Under the pieces are notes generated by a model. The model did not search any database and was not told the DNA's origin. It saw only the letters and a list, made by a program, of their open reading frames with translations. Shown piece after piece: positions 20,176-30,728 of a DNA stretch of 64,000 nucleotides. The translations under genes and the position numbers were made by a program. Origin of the DNA: a virus; the IMG/VR virus record IMGVR_UViG_3300030419_007641, positions 64,001 to 128,000 of that record. One strand, given 5' to 3'. The stretch's first letter is position 1, and every line of letters starts with the position of its first letter.

Positions 20176-21362
20176 ACACTTATACTTTTAGCGTATCAAC
20201 CACACTGCCCACTGTAGAGCATACTTATAGCACTATAGATCTATTTGACCAGACAAACTTTATTATTGATTTATCTGATGTATATTGTGATGTTTTTCCA
20301 AATTATATTGCATTCAATTGGGGTGACGGATCGTCAGTTGAAGAGCCAGAATTAAGTATATACAAAAATTATAGAACTGATTCTATTTACTCTGAAATTC
20401 TTAAAGGGCCCTCTCCTCTATTTTTAAATAAAAATTATAGCCATATTTATTACCCATCCAATATTGCACTAAACAAATCAGTAACATTGCGAATAAACAT
20501 AGAGTATGTTACCGGAGCTGTTACTAAATTAACTGTACCTGTAAATATAAGAACAGCTGGATATCATGAAAGTGTAGAAGATATGGAGGTTGTAGGTCTA
20601 GACCTGTTAGATAATGACATAAACAGTTCGCGATATACTCTTTTAACTAAAAAAGACAACTACCTTCTTCAAGTAGATAATACGGGGCAGAAAAATGCTC
20701 AATATCCTGATAAGATATCTTGGGATCCTAAATTTTGGGATAAAGGACTATTACCGGGTGGAAAGCATTGGGAATTTCCTGGGAAATTGCCCTTCGGTCT
20801 TAAATTTAAGATACGGTTACCATGGCAGGGTTGGAATCCTGGCCCTGGAAATGATCCATTCTTACTCCCCCCGGAGATAAAGACTCCACCTAGCCCGAAG
20901 ATATACGATCCGGATGCCCCGGGAGGCTGGGGACTACCTGGACCTGGTGGTATTGGGATAAGGCTGCAACCGGTACCAGAAGAGGATGTACGACTTGGTG
21001 GGAAGAACTGCGAAGAAAAAATTGTGTTTCCTAGGGCGTGGAAAAAGAAATTAAGAAGAAATGGGCCAAATAACCGTCGCGGTGAGGTTAATCTCAGGCC
21101 CCGTGGTAAGTGGCCAGGAATTGTTCCGGGGCCTCCAACCGGGGACTGGGAAACCGCTTCTGAAGCTGAGAAGCTTATGACTTTCCCACCTTTCTATCTA
21201 TATCTTTGGATCCTCTGGCGCAAGGGTGAACTTAACTACTTTCAATTACAGCAGTGGGAGCGTTGCGTATATGGTGCGGAAGGTATAAATTCAGGTGAGT
21301 ATCTATTTGAAGAAGGATTGCGACCGAATCTTGCCGATCCGGGCGACTTCTTCGATGACTAA
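20172..21362 (+). CDS. Virion protein: AT-rich N-terminal domain (NWGDG, PKD-like) plus GC-rich Pro/Trp/Gly-rich C-terminal extension
   Basis: Continuous ORF; composition switches near 20690. Confidence 0.55.
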   Translation: MNTYTFSVSTTLPTVEHTYSTIDLFDQTNFIIDLSDVYCDVFPNYIAFNWGDGSSVEEPELSIYKNYRTDSIYSEILKGPSPLFLNKNYSHIYYPSNIALNKSVTLRINIEYVTGAVTKLTVPVNIRTAGYHESVEDMEVVGLDLLDNDINSSRYTLLTKKDNYLLQVDNTGQKNAQYPDKISWDPKFWDKGLLPGGKHWEFPGKLPFGLKFKIRLPWQGWNPGPGNDPFLLPPEIKTPPSPKIYDPDAPGGWGLPGPGGIGIRLQPVPEEDVRLGGKNCEEKIVFPRAWKKKLRRNGPNNRRGEVNLRPRGKWPGIVPGPPTGDWETASEAEKLMTFPPFYLYLWILWRKGELNYFQLQQWERCVYGAEGINSGEYLFEEGLRPNLADPGDFFDD

Positions 21363-21397
21363 GTTATAAACCTTTGAAGTGGGCATAAATATATTCA

Positions 21398-23788
21398 ATG
21401 GGATCATTAGTAAAGTCTAGTTTAAGCGGGTTAAGTTCAAAACCTGCGGATATTAGCCCTAAGGGGCTAGCTTTAAAACAATTTTCTCGTACATTCAACG
21501 GCGGTGGTAATTTAAATTTTGTACACGCGCTATGCGGCGCGCAGGATTTTAAAAATTTAAATTATACTAATTTTTACCTATCTAACAATATTTTATTAGA
21601 TAATGTTGTTACCTATACAGGTGATACTAAGCCTGGAAAAACTACTATATTACCAGAGAAGTTTTTAACGACTTTAAATTTTTGTAATTCCGGAAGCAAT
21701 TATTTAAAATTTCAAAAAGCTTCTAAGGCACCATTTATTCAAACTAATGACACATATAATGCTAAATTTTACGGGTCACCTACATTTACTAATAGTATAA
21801 ATGAAGCTGATAATTTCGAAATTACTATAGTAGATGAATTTACATGTAGAGTAGCATATCTAGTAAATAATTACCGGTATTACTTAGTAGTATCTGATGA
21901 TCCACCTGAACAACATAGTTTAAATGCAAATACAAAATATGTGCTATTTGTCGGTGAAAATAAATTACCTTTAGCCGGAACAAATCTTCAATACAACTTT
22001 ACAACTTATTCAGACGCAAGTTATATAAATCTATATACCACCAAGGATAATGAAAGATATATTTTAGAAAGCTCTGGGCCTCATCTTATAGCAAATAAAA
22101 TATCAGGTGAATCATCTCGTGCAAATGAGTTTTTTATAACTGCAAGAAGTATTAAGCTTAATCAGCAAACTAATATTACTGTTACTAGTCCATACAATAC
22201 TTCATTTGTAACATATAAAACAGAAAATAATGAAATTGATAATTTAAAAAGTGACTTTAATTTAACATCAAACTACCTTCTGTACAGCTCTAGCAACAAT
22301 GATTTTCAAAAATTTAATCTATACAATTTAAAAAATATAGCTAATAATCAAGATGGATTTACATCTTCCAATAATTTGCTATCAACTTCATCCACATCTA
22401 TTTTTGCGAAAAATTTAAGAAATTACACTTCAATTTTTTCTGACATAGATAGTGAAAAAAATGAAGTTTTAGCTTTAAATTATGTGTACAATAATTTTGA
22501 TGTAAGTATATCTCCAGGCACTACTTTTTTCACAACACCCTCTTCACTAAGCCCATTCAAATCAATAAACATAAATGACACAAAATTTGTTGAATGTGGC
22601 GCATTTCCTTTCATGCAACCTTACTTATCTGATAGAGTGTATAGGATAGATGATGAAAGTATATACAGTGAAAATGCTACTTACTTATGTACGTGGTTAT
22701 CCGGTGCACCTGGTACAAGAGGAAAGTGGGTTGATAGATATTACTACCCTAATTACGTAACAAAAGAGGCTGCATTAAATGCAAAGGGTACATACAACCC
22801 TACATATGAAACATATATCGAAAATCTATTAAAAACTAATTCTGATTTAAAAGATTCTGTTGTAGAGAAGCATTTTTTCGATAAAAAGAGTGACATGTTA
22901 TTTGAAAAAAACAAACGGTATCGGTATGAAAGGATTTCAATAGAAGATTTTACAAGATCGATTCCTGCTAATGTTGTCGGGTCAAATTTAACCAACTATT
23001 TTAAGGCTATTAATGATCGTGGTGGATTTGGATTAGGGTTTACAATAACAAATGACCCCGGTGCCGCAGAACCTGGTAAGGGTACCGATTTTATGATTAA
23101 ATCAGCAAGAAATAATATTGACGGGGGGTTAGAAATATTAAAAATAGGAGACGCGATTCGATTTATCTTTAAGGTATTTGATAATTCTAATCAAAAAATT
23201 GCTAGTTTTGTGCATAGCTTCAATATTGATATTTTTGCAAAAAACAATTTGTTTGTAAACTTTAATGCTAAGTCAGGGGTAGGTAATTTATATTTAAATA
23301 GTCAAAATATTTTTACTTTTAATGTTAATAAAGATCAAATGGTTTCGAAATATATACTATTTGGTGATATTAGTTGTAGTATATTAGGTGGTCCCCCAGA
23401 TGTTACAGGTAACGCATATACAACATCTTCACATGATATAGTGCGTGATAGTTCATCATATATTACCAATACATACATTTCACTTGAACCATTAGACGAA
23501 GAAGAAGAAATAATTGTTACTCTACAACAAAATATAGACGGGATACAAAAAATGACCATTTCATTACCCTGTGGAATGAGAAACTTATCTGATACCATTA
23601 CAACCGTTAATTCAATTAATACACCTTTAAAACATAAGAGTAATGTAGTTGATATTAATATTAAAAATTTAAATATACAGGACAATAATATTACTAGAGA
23701 AATTAAAAATAATCTAATAGCTAATATTAGAACAGCTCTACCTAAAACTACAACTATTAATGATATTAATTTTATCGATTATAAATGA
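21398..23788 (+). CDS. Large virion structural protein
   Basis: 796-aa beta-rich ORF with TAAATA at 21386-21391; context only. Confidence 0.55.
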   Translation: MGSLVKSSLSGLSSKPADISPKGLALKQFSRTFNGGGNLNFVHALCGAQDFKNLNYTNFYLSNNILLDNVVTYTGDTKPGKTTILPEKFLTTLNFCNSGSNYLKFQKASKAPFIQTNDTYNAKFYGSPTFTNSINEADNFEITIVDEFTCRVAYLVNNYRYYLVVSDDPPEQHSLNANTKYVLFVGENKLPLAGTNLQYNFTTYSDASYINLYTTKDNERYILESSGPHLIANKISGESSRANEFFITARSIKLNQQTNITVTSPYNTSFVTYKTENNEIDNLKSDFNLTSNYLLYSSSNNDFQKFNLYNLKNIANNQDGFTSSNNLLSTSSTSIFAKNLRNYTSIFSDIDSEKNEVLALNYVYNNFDVSISPGTTFFTTPSSLSPFKSININDTKFVECGAFPFMQPYLSDRVYRIDDESIYSENATYLCTWLSGAPGTRGKWVDRYYYPNYVTKEAALNAKGTYNPTYETYIENLLKTNSDLKDSVVEKHFFDKKSDMLFEKNKRYRYERISIEDFTRSIPANVVGSNLTNYFKAINDRGGFGLGFTITNDPGAAEPGKGTDFMIKSARNNIDGGLEILKIGDAIRFIFKVFDNSNQKIASFVHSFNIDIFAKNNLFVNFNAKSGVGNLYLNSQNIFTFNVNKDQMVSKYILFGDISCSILGGPPDVTGNAYTTSSHDIVRDSSSYITNTYISLEPLDEEEEIIVTLQQNIDGIQKMTISLPCGMRNLSDTITTVNSINTPLKHKSNVVDINIKNLNIQDNNITREIKNNLIANIRTALPKTTTINDINFIDYK

Positions 23789-26700
23789 AATCATATTTTA
23801 AATATACTACTGGAGAAGCATTCACCTTAGATGGGGAGGACTATTCTGGGTTTTTTACTTTATGGAAAGGTATTCCTATTACCGGAAAGATACCTTCAGA
23901 CACCTCCGGGGTATTGAGTTCTAAAGGCAATATGCTGGCTAATTCATTTTTAAATAAAAAAAACTTTGATAGAACAGCTGCGCCGGTGTCGATGTCCAAC
24001 CGGATTATAGCTCCGGAGATTTCACCTAGAGATATAATAGATCAAAGATTTTTAAATAAAAATTTAAATATATTAAATCACAATAATTTAAATTTATTTG
24101 GGTTGAATATTATTCCTAAAACTAACCTAATTGACTTAGAAAATACTCATACAGATGGAGATAGTTACTTTTTAGGAGTATCGAGCGGCAAAACTGATAC
24201 AAAAAACAACGATACAGGGTTAGCTAAAACTAATTCTAGGCCGCTACAAATTGACCCATTTGCAGCCACAAACAGACTGCCTGCGGGAATAAATGCTTTA
24301 GATAGCAAAGTAGATGGTACTCTTTTTGTCAATGATGATAAATCATATAAGTATCTCATTACAACAAATACTAACTCTTATACGTTTTCCGGAAGTTTTG
24401 CACCTAAAGGCTCTTTAACTTTAATCGATGAAGGAAAACTTCCAGCGGGTTCAAAACTAACCTATAATGACACCACCGGGGAATTAATAAACTATGTATG
24501 TTTACATGGGCCCGTGGAGGAGAGGCTCCATGGCCTCCGCCGCGGTGGTGAGATCGAGCAGAGGGCTGATTTCTTTACACATCCCGACGATCGGCTTCCG
24601 GGTCCGGACGCCTCCGTAGAGGAACTTCAGGAATGGCAGCGCCGGGAGGAGGAGAGAGCACGAGAGCAAAAGCGGGAGTTGGATCGACAGCTTGAAGACC
24701 TTCATGGAACATTACCGCCAGATGATTTCTTGGACCCCACTCCACCTCGAGCCGGAGCCGAGTCTACTTTAGAGCCATGGTGGTCGCGAACTTCACCATT
24801 ATTAGAAAAGTGGTTAAAGAGATATGAGGAGCAGTTGGACAGAATTGATAAACTTCCACGCCAAGGTCGCGATTGGCCATGGCCAATGGAGGGAGCCGGT
24901 GGTGCGCTGGATCTGAGGAGAGATATCAGGAGAGAGGTTGCTCTTCGGGAACTGAACAGTGCCATAGAAGCTCTTTGGAGATTAGTTAGTAATGAGCAAC
25001 GACGGCTGGCAAGGGAATGGGCGAAAAAGCAAGCGTTACTAGAAGGTCAGTACGGTACACCTCGTGACCGGAACAAAACTCCGGGAAACAGGCCAGTACC
25101 AGCTCCCCCAGGGCTACCGCCGGCTGCGGGAATGGATAGAGCTCCAGCCTTTCCACCGGATTTGCGTTTCGAACCTAGTGAATTTGGCGCTGAGAGAGGT
25201 ACCCGAGAATTAGAATGGTGGGATCCGTCACGTGGTCAATGGATCCCAAAGAGTCAGGAGCCAATGCCTGATCCATGGCCCTTTTGGTGGGAAGGTGATT
25301 TACCGCAAGGGCGGCTATTAGAGCCAAATCCACCGCCGGCAGGAATTGGTCCAAGTGGAATACCAGATGTTAACATCCGGCCAGATGCCCCAGGTGGATT
25401 TGGATTACCGGGTCCAGGTGGAGGCATGCCATTACCGATGGGGGAAGACGGATTTCCGGATCATTGGCGACGAGGGCGCGGATGGGTGCCATTACCAGCT
25501 CCTGGAGGGCCGGAGCTTGATCCAGAGTCCCCAGGATTTGGGTTAGAGGCCGGTAATAGACCTACTATAGGAGAGCCAGAACCTCCGGGTAATAGAGAGA
25601 AAAATTTAAAAGAATGGGCGCGCCGTAAGAAAATTCTAGAAGAATATGATAGAGCTAGTGAAGAATGGAAGGAAGTAGCTACCTTTCTTAAGTACTTAAT
25701 AGAAAAAATTAAAGAAGCGAAGAAGCAGGTCCTTGATAGAATGGAATTTGACATTCAAGGGCGACCGATGAACCAGCCGTCCTTGAATGACCCGGACGTT
25801 GCAATGACAGAGGAAGAGCAAAATGAGTTAAATTTAATAGGTATAGCGGCTAACGCTACTATAGTAAATGCTGGTGCTATAGCTGACTTAGCGTATAAAG
25901 GATACTTACGCCACCCAACATTTTCTACAGTTACAACCCCAGATGTAGCATCCCTTGCGGCTAATATATTAGGAACAGAGGGATTTCATTCTCATAATGA
26001 TAATGCTACATTTATGCCATGTTATACAATGGATGATTTCATGTATATAACGAATCCTGCAAAAGTACAGGAGGAAATGTCTCACGTAGCTAATAACGCT
26101 CCAAGAAAATATCTTGTTAATACATATGATTTTAGTTCATTTGCAACAACAAATGAATGTCAATTAAAAGACCAAGTCCCAGTTATAGGAAATATTGTAG
26201 ATGGTAAAATTAAAGTAGGTAAAAATATTATGGGCACTCTTCATAAAAGAGGGCAAGAAATAGAGTTATCTATTAGTAACAGGTATACAAGAAAAAACTA
26301 TGTCACCATAGTTACACTAGGGATGGGAGATAAAATGGTTGACTTTGATATCCGAGATACTGATGATAATATTCTTATATTAACTCAAAATTCGGATTCT
26401 AGTAATACATATGGTCTATATCACGTAGATACAGATAATGTCCTACAAAATAGCATTAACTTTAATGCGGATGAAAATCAAACTGGAAAGGGACGCACAT
26501 GTAAATGTAAAAATGAAATTAAAGTGCATTATCTGGCACCTAATGGAAAAGATATAATGATTCCCCCAGATGATCTTAATGACATAGGCTCTATTCCTGA
26601 GGGTTGGACTATAGAATACGGGTTTAATCCCTCAGACGATCCAGAGGGGCTGTGGTGGCGTAAAGAGGGCAAACACTGTTGGTATCGGCAACTATATCGA

Positions 26701-28497
26701 AGAGGCGATGGTGTTACTGAAATAAGATATTACTGCCGGGGTAGTGTAAATGGTAAAGACGGTCCGATAAAGCAACCGATGCCTGATAATAGAGAATGGG
26801 AATGGGATAAGGGAGATTGGGGAAGATTTCGTATGGGAGACGGGGCTGGTGGCGAAGTTGATCCTGATGCCCCCGAACAGCCGGAAGTCATTTATACTAA
26901 TCCTGCCGTGATAATAATTGGCGGTGGACTCGACGAGGGTGAAGATCAAATTTTTATCCCGACTCCGGGTGATGGTGATGAAATAATTGGGCTACCGCCT
27001 GCAAATGCTGATTGGCATAAAGAGATTGAAAATTGGGAAGAGGAATGGCCAGAGATAGAACAAGTACCAGATGGTGAAGTTATTGAAAATCTGCCGGAAT
27101 TCAACTTTCCCGAGCCCGGTGATCCTGATGACCAAGAGGTCTTTGATCTTAATGACCTTGAAAGGCCCTCAGATGAAGATCTGGAAATGATGGAAGAATC
27201 GGCAAGAGTGGCTAGAGAGTTTCAGTTAGAATTCATGCTTCAGAATCAGATACAAGAGTGGCTAGATCCAGAAGGTGAGTTACAGCTGTTTGACCCTCGA
27301 GGGCCGGCATTCGGGGAGATTCAAGAAATAATAGAAAATTTAAGGGCATTAGGTACAGATCGAGTACTGCTTGATAGTGCTAAGGGTAATATAAATCGAA
27401 TTGATACCAGTCGCACACATTCACATAAAACTAAAATTGAATTTTCAAATACAGATAGTAATGAATTTATTTTAACTGATAATGGAGTTGTATCTAAAGG
27501 GTTTATTTCTAATCCAACCTTCCCATCTAGTATGGGTTCAAAAGCTAATCTTTTATACCCACCAGGTGCATTCTGGGGAACAACAGAAGAAGAAATATCA
27601 AATAGCCAATTAAAATGGAATACTGATTCACTAAAATCCAATAATTTTAATAATTTAAATATACATGAAGTTCAAAACCAAACGGATACATTTACATTTA
27701 TACATAATATAGGTAGAATTTATCTAGGTACAAGTAAGACATTATACAATAATCTAGTACCATTAGATCTTGATAATAATTATAGACCAACATTAACCCC
27801 GGAGTCGAGCTTAGGAATATCTCTTAATAGTCAACTACAGTCCATTTTAAAAGATACATTAAATGTTTTTTATAATTTAAATACGGTAATTAAACAAGAT
27901 ATAGTTGAAGGTATACCTATTCTCCAAAATTATGAAGCTCCTTTGTCAATTAATATTAATCTTAAAGATTTTGAATTTCATGAAAATGAAGAAATAAGTT
28001 ATACTACTGTATCACGAGTTTTTAATAAGCTTTATCAATTGCAACTTGATATATATAACACTGTTTTGCGTGTAAGTCCACGTGTCCCGACAGAAATAAC
28101 GTTTCCGGTTGATGAGGTGGTATACGATACGAGCTATCCGGAGCCTAAAGACCCAGGACCGTCTTTATACGACATATACTCATCATGGACTGCACCAATA
28201 GCTCATCTGCGATATCAAAAAATGGGGCTAGCCCCGTGGCCATGGCCACCGGGAGCTGACTTATCTAAAGAAGAAAGAGTAAAAATGTTAGCAGCCCAGG
28301 CTGAAGCTGATCGAAATATGGATACCGGGCCATGGCCTCTTAGTATAAACCAAGATGCGCTAGATTATTACAGCTCTAGATCACAAGATGGTACAGCTGG
28401 CACATCAACAGGTACTATGCCAACTACAACTCCAACAGGAACTACAGATGGACCAACAACACCATCTACAGGGTACGGAGGCGGAGGGGGGTATTAA
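23785..28497 (+). CDS. Very large virion protein (1570 aa) with three GC-rich Pro/Trp/Glu-rich blocks and a Thr/Gly-rich tail
   Basis: Continuous ORF with AT-rich scaffold segments alternating with GC-rich blocks (about 24500-25800, 26500-27400, 28100-28400). Ends TTPSTGYGGGGGY. Confidence 0.6.
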   Translation: MKSYFKYTTGEAFTLDGEDYSGFFTLWKGIPITGKIPSDTSGVLSSKGNMLANSFLNKKNFDRTAAPVSMSNRIIAPEISPRDIIDQRFLNKNLNILNHNNLNLFGLNIIPKTNLIDLENTHTDGDSYFLGVSSGKTDTKNNDTGLAKTNSRPLQIDPFAATNRLPAGINALDSKVDGTLFVNDDKSYKYLITTNTNSYTFSGSFAPKGSLTLIDEGKLPAGSKLTYNDTTGELINYVCLHGPVEERLHGLRRGGEIEQRADFFTHPDDRLPGPDASVEELQEWQRREEERAREQKRELDRQLEDLHGTLPPDDFLDPTPPRAGAESTLEPWWSRTSPLLEKWLKRYEEQLDRIDKLPRQGRDWPWPMEGAGGALDLRRDIRREVALRELNSAIEALWRLVSNEQRRLAREWAKKQALLEGQYGTPRDRNKTPGNRPVPAPPGLPPAAGMDRAPAFPPDLRFEPSEFGAERGTRELEWWDPSRGQWIPKSQEPMPDPWPFWWEGDLPQGRLLEPNPPPAGIGPSGIPDVNIRPDAPGGFGLPGPGGGMPLPMGEDGFPDHWRRGRGWVPLPAPGGPELDPESPGFGLEAGNRPTIGEPEPPGNREKNLKEWARRKKILEEYDRASEEWKEVATFLKYLIEKIKEAKKQVLDRMEFDIQGRPMNQPSLNDPDVAMTEEEQNELNLIGIAANATIVNAGAIADLAYKGYLRHPTFSTVTTPDVASLAANILGTEGFHSHNDNATFMPCYTMDDFMYITNPAKVQEEMSHVANNAPRKYLVNTYDFSSFATTNECQLKDQVPVIGNIVDGKIKVGKNIMGTLHKRGQEIELSISNRYTRKNYVTIVTLGMGDKMVDFDIRDTDDNILILTQNSDSSNTYGLYHVDTDNVLQNSINFNADENQTGKGRTCKCKNEIKVHYLAPNGKDIMIPPDDLNDIGSIPEGWTIEYGFNPSDDPEGLWWRKEGKHCWYRQLYRRGDGVTEIRYYCRGSVNGKDGPIKQPMPDNREWEWDKGDWGRFRMGDGAGGEVDPDAPEQPEVIYTNPAVIIIGGGLDEGEDQIFIPTPGDGDEIIGLPPANADWHKEIENWEEEWPEIEQVPDGEVIENLPEFNFPEPGDPDDQEVFDLNDLERPSDEDLEMMEESARVAREFQLEFMLQNQIQEWLDPEGELQLFDPRGPAFGEIQEIIENLRALGTDRVLLDSAKGNINRIDTSRTHSHKTKIEFSNTDSNEFILTDNGVVSKGFISNPTFPSSMGSKANLLYPPGAFWGTTEEEISNSQLKWNTDSLKSNNFNNLNIHEVQNQTDTFTFIHNIGRIYLGTSKTLYNNLVPLDLDNNYRPTLTPESSLGISLNSQLQSILKDTLNVFYNLNTVIKQDIVEGIPILQNYEAPLSININLKDFEFHENEEISYTTVSRVFNKLYQLQLDIYNTVLRVSPRVPTEITFPVDEVVYDTSYPEPKDPGPSLYDIYSSWTAPIAHLRYQKMGLAPWPWPPGADLSKEERVKMLAAQAEADRNMDTGPWPLSINQDALDYYSSRSQDGTAGTSTGTMPTTTPTGTTDGPTTPSTGYGGGGGY

Positions 28498-28555
28498 TAA
28501 GGAAACGTATAACAGTCTTAGATAGTATTTTAAATAAGTAGCATAAATAATAATA

Positions 28556-29176
28556 ATGCCAAGGAGTTTACAAAATCAATTAATCTCAAATACATATAGT
28601 TCTATACTGCATTTGAGTTCAAATAATTTAAAGTCTCCTGTAAATACCCTTAACGGTATATTTGACGGGGTAGGAAATGAAACAGGCATAAGTTTAAGTG
28701 GATCTAGAGTTGTAATTAATAATTATGTGCAACCTGAAGGGCCTACAGCACCAAGCGAGTGGCTGGATGCCTTTTTTCCTGTTAATTCTATTAAATTAAC
28801 TTTTGATGACACAAACCCAGGAACAAAAATTGCAAATACGACTTGGGAGTTAGTATCGCAAGGCAGATTTTTAGTTGGAGCTGGCCCTGGAACTGATAAA
28901 AATGGCTTAGTTAAGACTTTTGAAGCTGGTTCACAGGAAGGTGAGTATGAGCATACTTTAACTACATCTGAGATACCTAAGCATTCTCATGATATCGATG
29001 AAAAGGTTGTAGGGGGCGATAATCCGAGTGCCGCGGCAGGTAAGGGTGGAGAATTAATAGGTGGTAGGCAGCAACAAGGAGGAGTTAAATACACCACTCT
29101 AACTACCGGTGATGGTGAGTCGCATAACAATATACCCCCGGGTTATGGAATTTACGTTTGGAGAAGAACAGCATAG
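28556..29176 (+). CDS. Baseplate/tail-tip protein with a Gp10 C-terminal-like (collar-related) domain
   Basis: FFPVNSI...NPG...WELVSQGRFLVG...GEYEHTLTTSEIPKHSH...HNNIPPGYGIYVWRRTA. Confidence 0.7.
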   Translation: MPRSLQNQLISNTYSSILHLSSNNLKSPVNTLNGIFDGVGNETGISLSGSRVVINNYVQPEGPTAPSEWLDAFFPVNSIKLTFDDTNPGTKIANTTWELVSQGRFLVGAGPGTDKNGLVKTFEAGSQEGEYEHTLTTSEIPKHSHDIDEKVVGGDNPSAAAGKGGELIGGRQQQGGVKYTTLTTGDGESHNNIPPGYGIYVWRRTA

Positions 29177-29185
29177 CAATAAATT

Positions 29186-30712
29186 ATGGCAAATATTACT
29201 ATAGTAAAATTAAAAGTACGTCGTGGATCTAATGCGCAAAGGCAGACCATTGTTCTCGATCAAGGGGAATTAGGATACACAATAGACACAAAAAGATTAT
29301 TTGTCGGTGATGGTTCGACAACAGGTGGGCATATTGTAGGTAATAAAGGATTAGGATCGTTTACCTCTTTAGAATCATTAGGAGATGTTGTAGGTGCACA
29401 AGTCGGGGATATTGGCTATGCAAATAGCTCATTGTGGATGATATCTTCTACACCTTATGAATGGAATTCGGGTTCAGCATACTTATCTGGGTTTGCTCAT
29501 ATCGGTACTAAAACAGAGGGTACAGGGGCAACTATTAATTTCAACAGTGATGGCAAGGTGGCTGTTAAAAAAAGCTCTTTAGATGTACAATATTTTAAAT
29601 CAACATTCTTTGGAGGCGGTATATTATCGGCAGCTGATGGTTCTGCTAAAATTGATTTAAATACTGTCTATTTTGAATTATCCGGGGATGCTGCTAGTTC
29701 TAAGATATCGCCTAAACAGAATTCAATAACAGAAAGAGAGATAGCTACTACGGCTCTTTCTTCTGGTTTACAAGGAGGAAATGACGTACCGGTTAAGCTG
29801 TACATAGATACCGATACATTTGGGTTTGAACCAGACGGTAAATTAATATTAACAAATACAGGATCGAAAAGCGTACAATTTTCTAGCTTTAATCCCGATG
29901 TAATAGGCGATGGATTAAAGCTAGATGATTCTACTAGAAAATTACAAGCACTGTTTCAAAAAACAAATAATTCTTTAAGTTTGGTAGACGGTGTATTATC
30001 AATTGCTGCAGGAGTTTCTGCTGGTGATACAGAGGAAAGTCAAGCACCGGAATTGCCATTTGTAACTGTTTCAGATGGAATTGTAACTGGATTACAAAGC
30101 TCAATATATGATACAGCATCCGCACTAGGTCTATCAGGCAACGATACAGGGTCCGATGTACCTGTTGGAACTGTATTACCTCATGCTAAGACGTTTCCTG
30201 GCGCGCCTCCCGGGTATCTACTTTGTGACGGTAAAGCATATGATAGTACTCTTAGCGAGTACAAAGATTTATACGACGTTATAGGTACTAGTTGGAACGA
30301 AGCATATGGTGCCTCAGCGCCTGCATCTGACTTTTTTAGAGTTCCTAATTTAACAGGTGGTAACGTTATGATGTATGGTGCAAATGCTGCAGCACCGGGC
30401 TCAACTCTCTATAAATTAAGCGCTACAGACTCAACAGCGTCGCATGTACTTTCAGTACAGGGATATAACTTTATAATTCGTTATACCAAAGGTACAGGTA
30501 GTTTTGATTTATTTAACGGAGCGCCCAATCAAGTTAGTAAAGGACTATTAGGGGCATACGATCAAAAGACTTATGAGTGCATGGATTCTTCAGGAGTACA
30601 TATGCAACTAAGCTCTGCTGGATTTATGTTATTTGCACTATCCGGGGATGTGAGAAAAGATACTAGTAGTGAAACGTTTGATAAATTTGCTATCCCTGTA
30701 TATAACTGGTAA
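29186..30712 (+). CDS. Tail fibre protein with an Mtd_N-like N-terminus and a tail collar domain
   Basis: KLKVRRGS...LDQGELGYTIDTKRLFVGDGST at the start; collar PVGTVLPHA...PPGYLLCDG...Y.DLYDVIGT..FRVPNL. Confidence 0.75.
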   Translation: MANITIVKLKVRRGSNAQRQTIVLDQGELGYTIDTKRLFVGDGSTTGGHIVGNKGLGSFTSLESLGDVVGAQVGDIGYANSSLWMISSTPYEWNSGSAYLSGFAHIGTKTEGTGATINFNSDGKVAVKKSSLDVQYFKSTFFGGGILSAADGSAKIDLNTVYFELSGDAASSKISPKQNSITEREIATTALSSGLQGGNDVPVKLYIDTDTFGFEPDGKLILTNTGSKSVQFSSFNPDVIGDGLKLDDSTRKLQALFQKTNNSLSLVDGVLSIAAGVSAGDTEESQAPELPFVTVSDGIVTGLQSSIYDTASALGLSGNDTGSDVPVGTVLPHAKTFPGAPPGYLLCDGKAYDSTLSEYKDLYDVIGTSWNEAYGASAPASDFFRVPNLTGGNVMMYGANAAAPGSTLYKLSATDSTASHVLSVQGYNFIIRYTKGTGSFDLFNGAPNQVSKGLLGAYDQKTYECMDSSGVHMQLSSAGFMLFALSGDVRKDTSSETFDKFAIPVYNW

Positions 30713-30728
30713 TTAAATATTAAAGACA

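Noticed and set aside
24499-25998. Possible intein in the 1570-aa protein: the insert starts with CLHG and contains GFHSHN near its end
   Set aside because: The residue after HN is Asp, not Cys/Ser/Thr. No Hint block B (TxxH) or LAGLIDADG motif is recognisable, and the interior is low-complexity.
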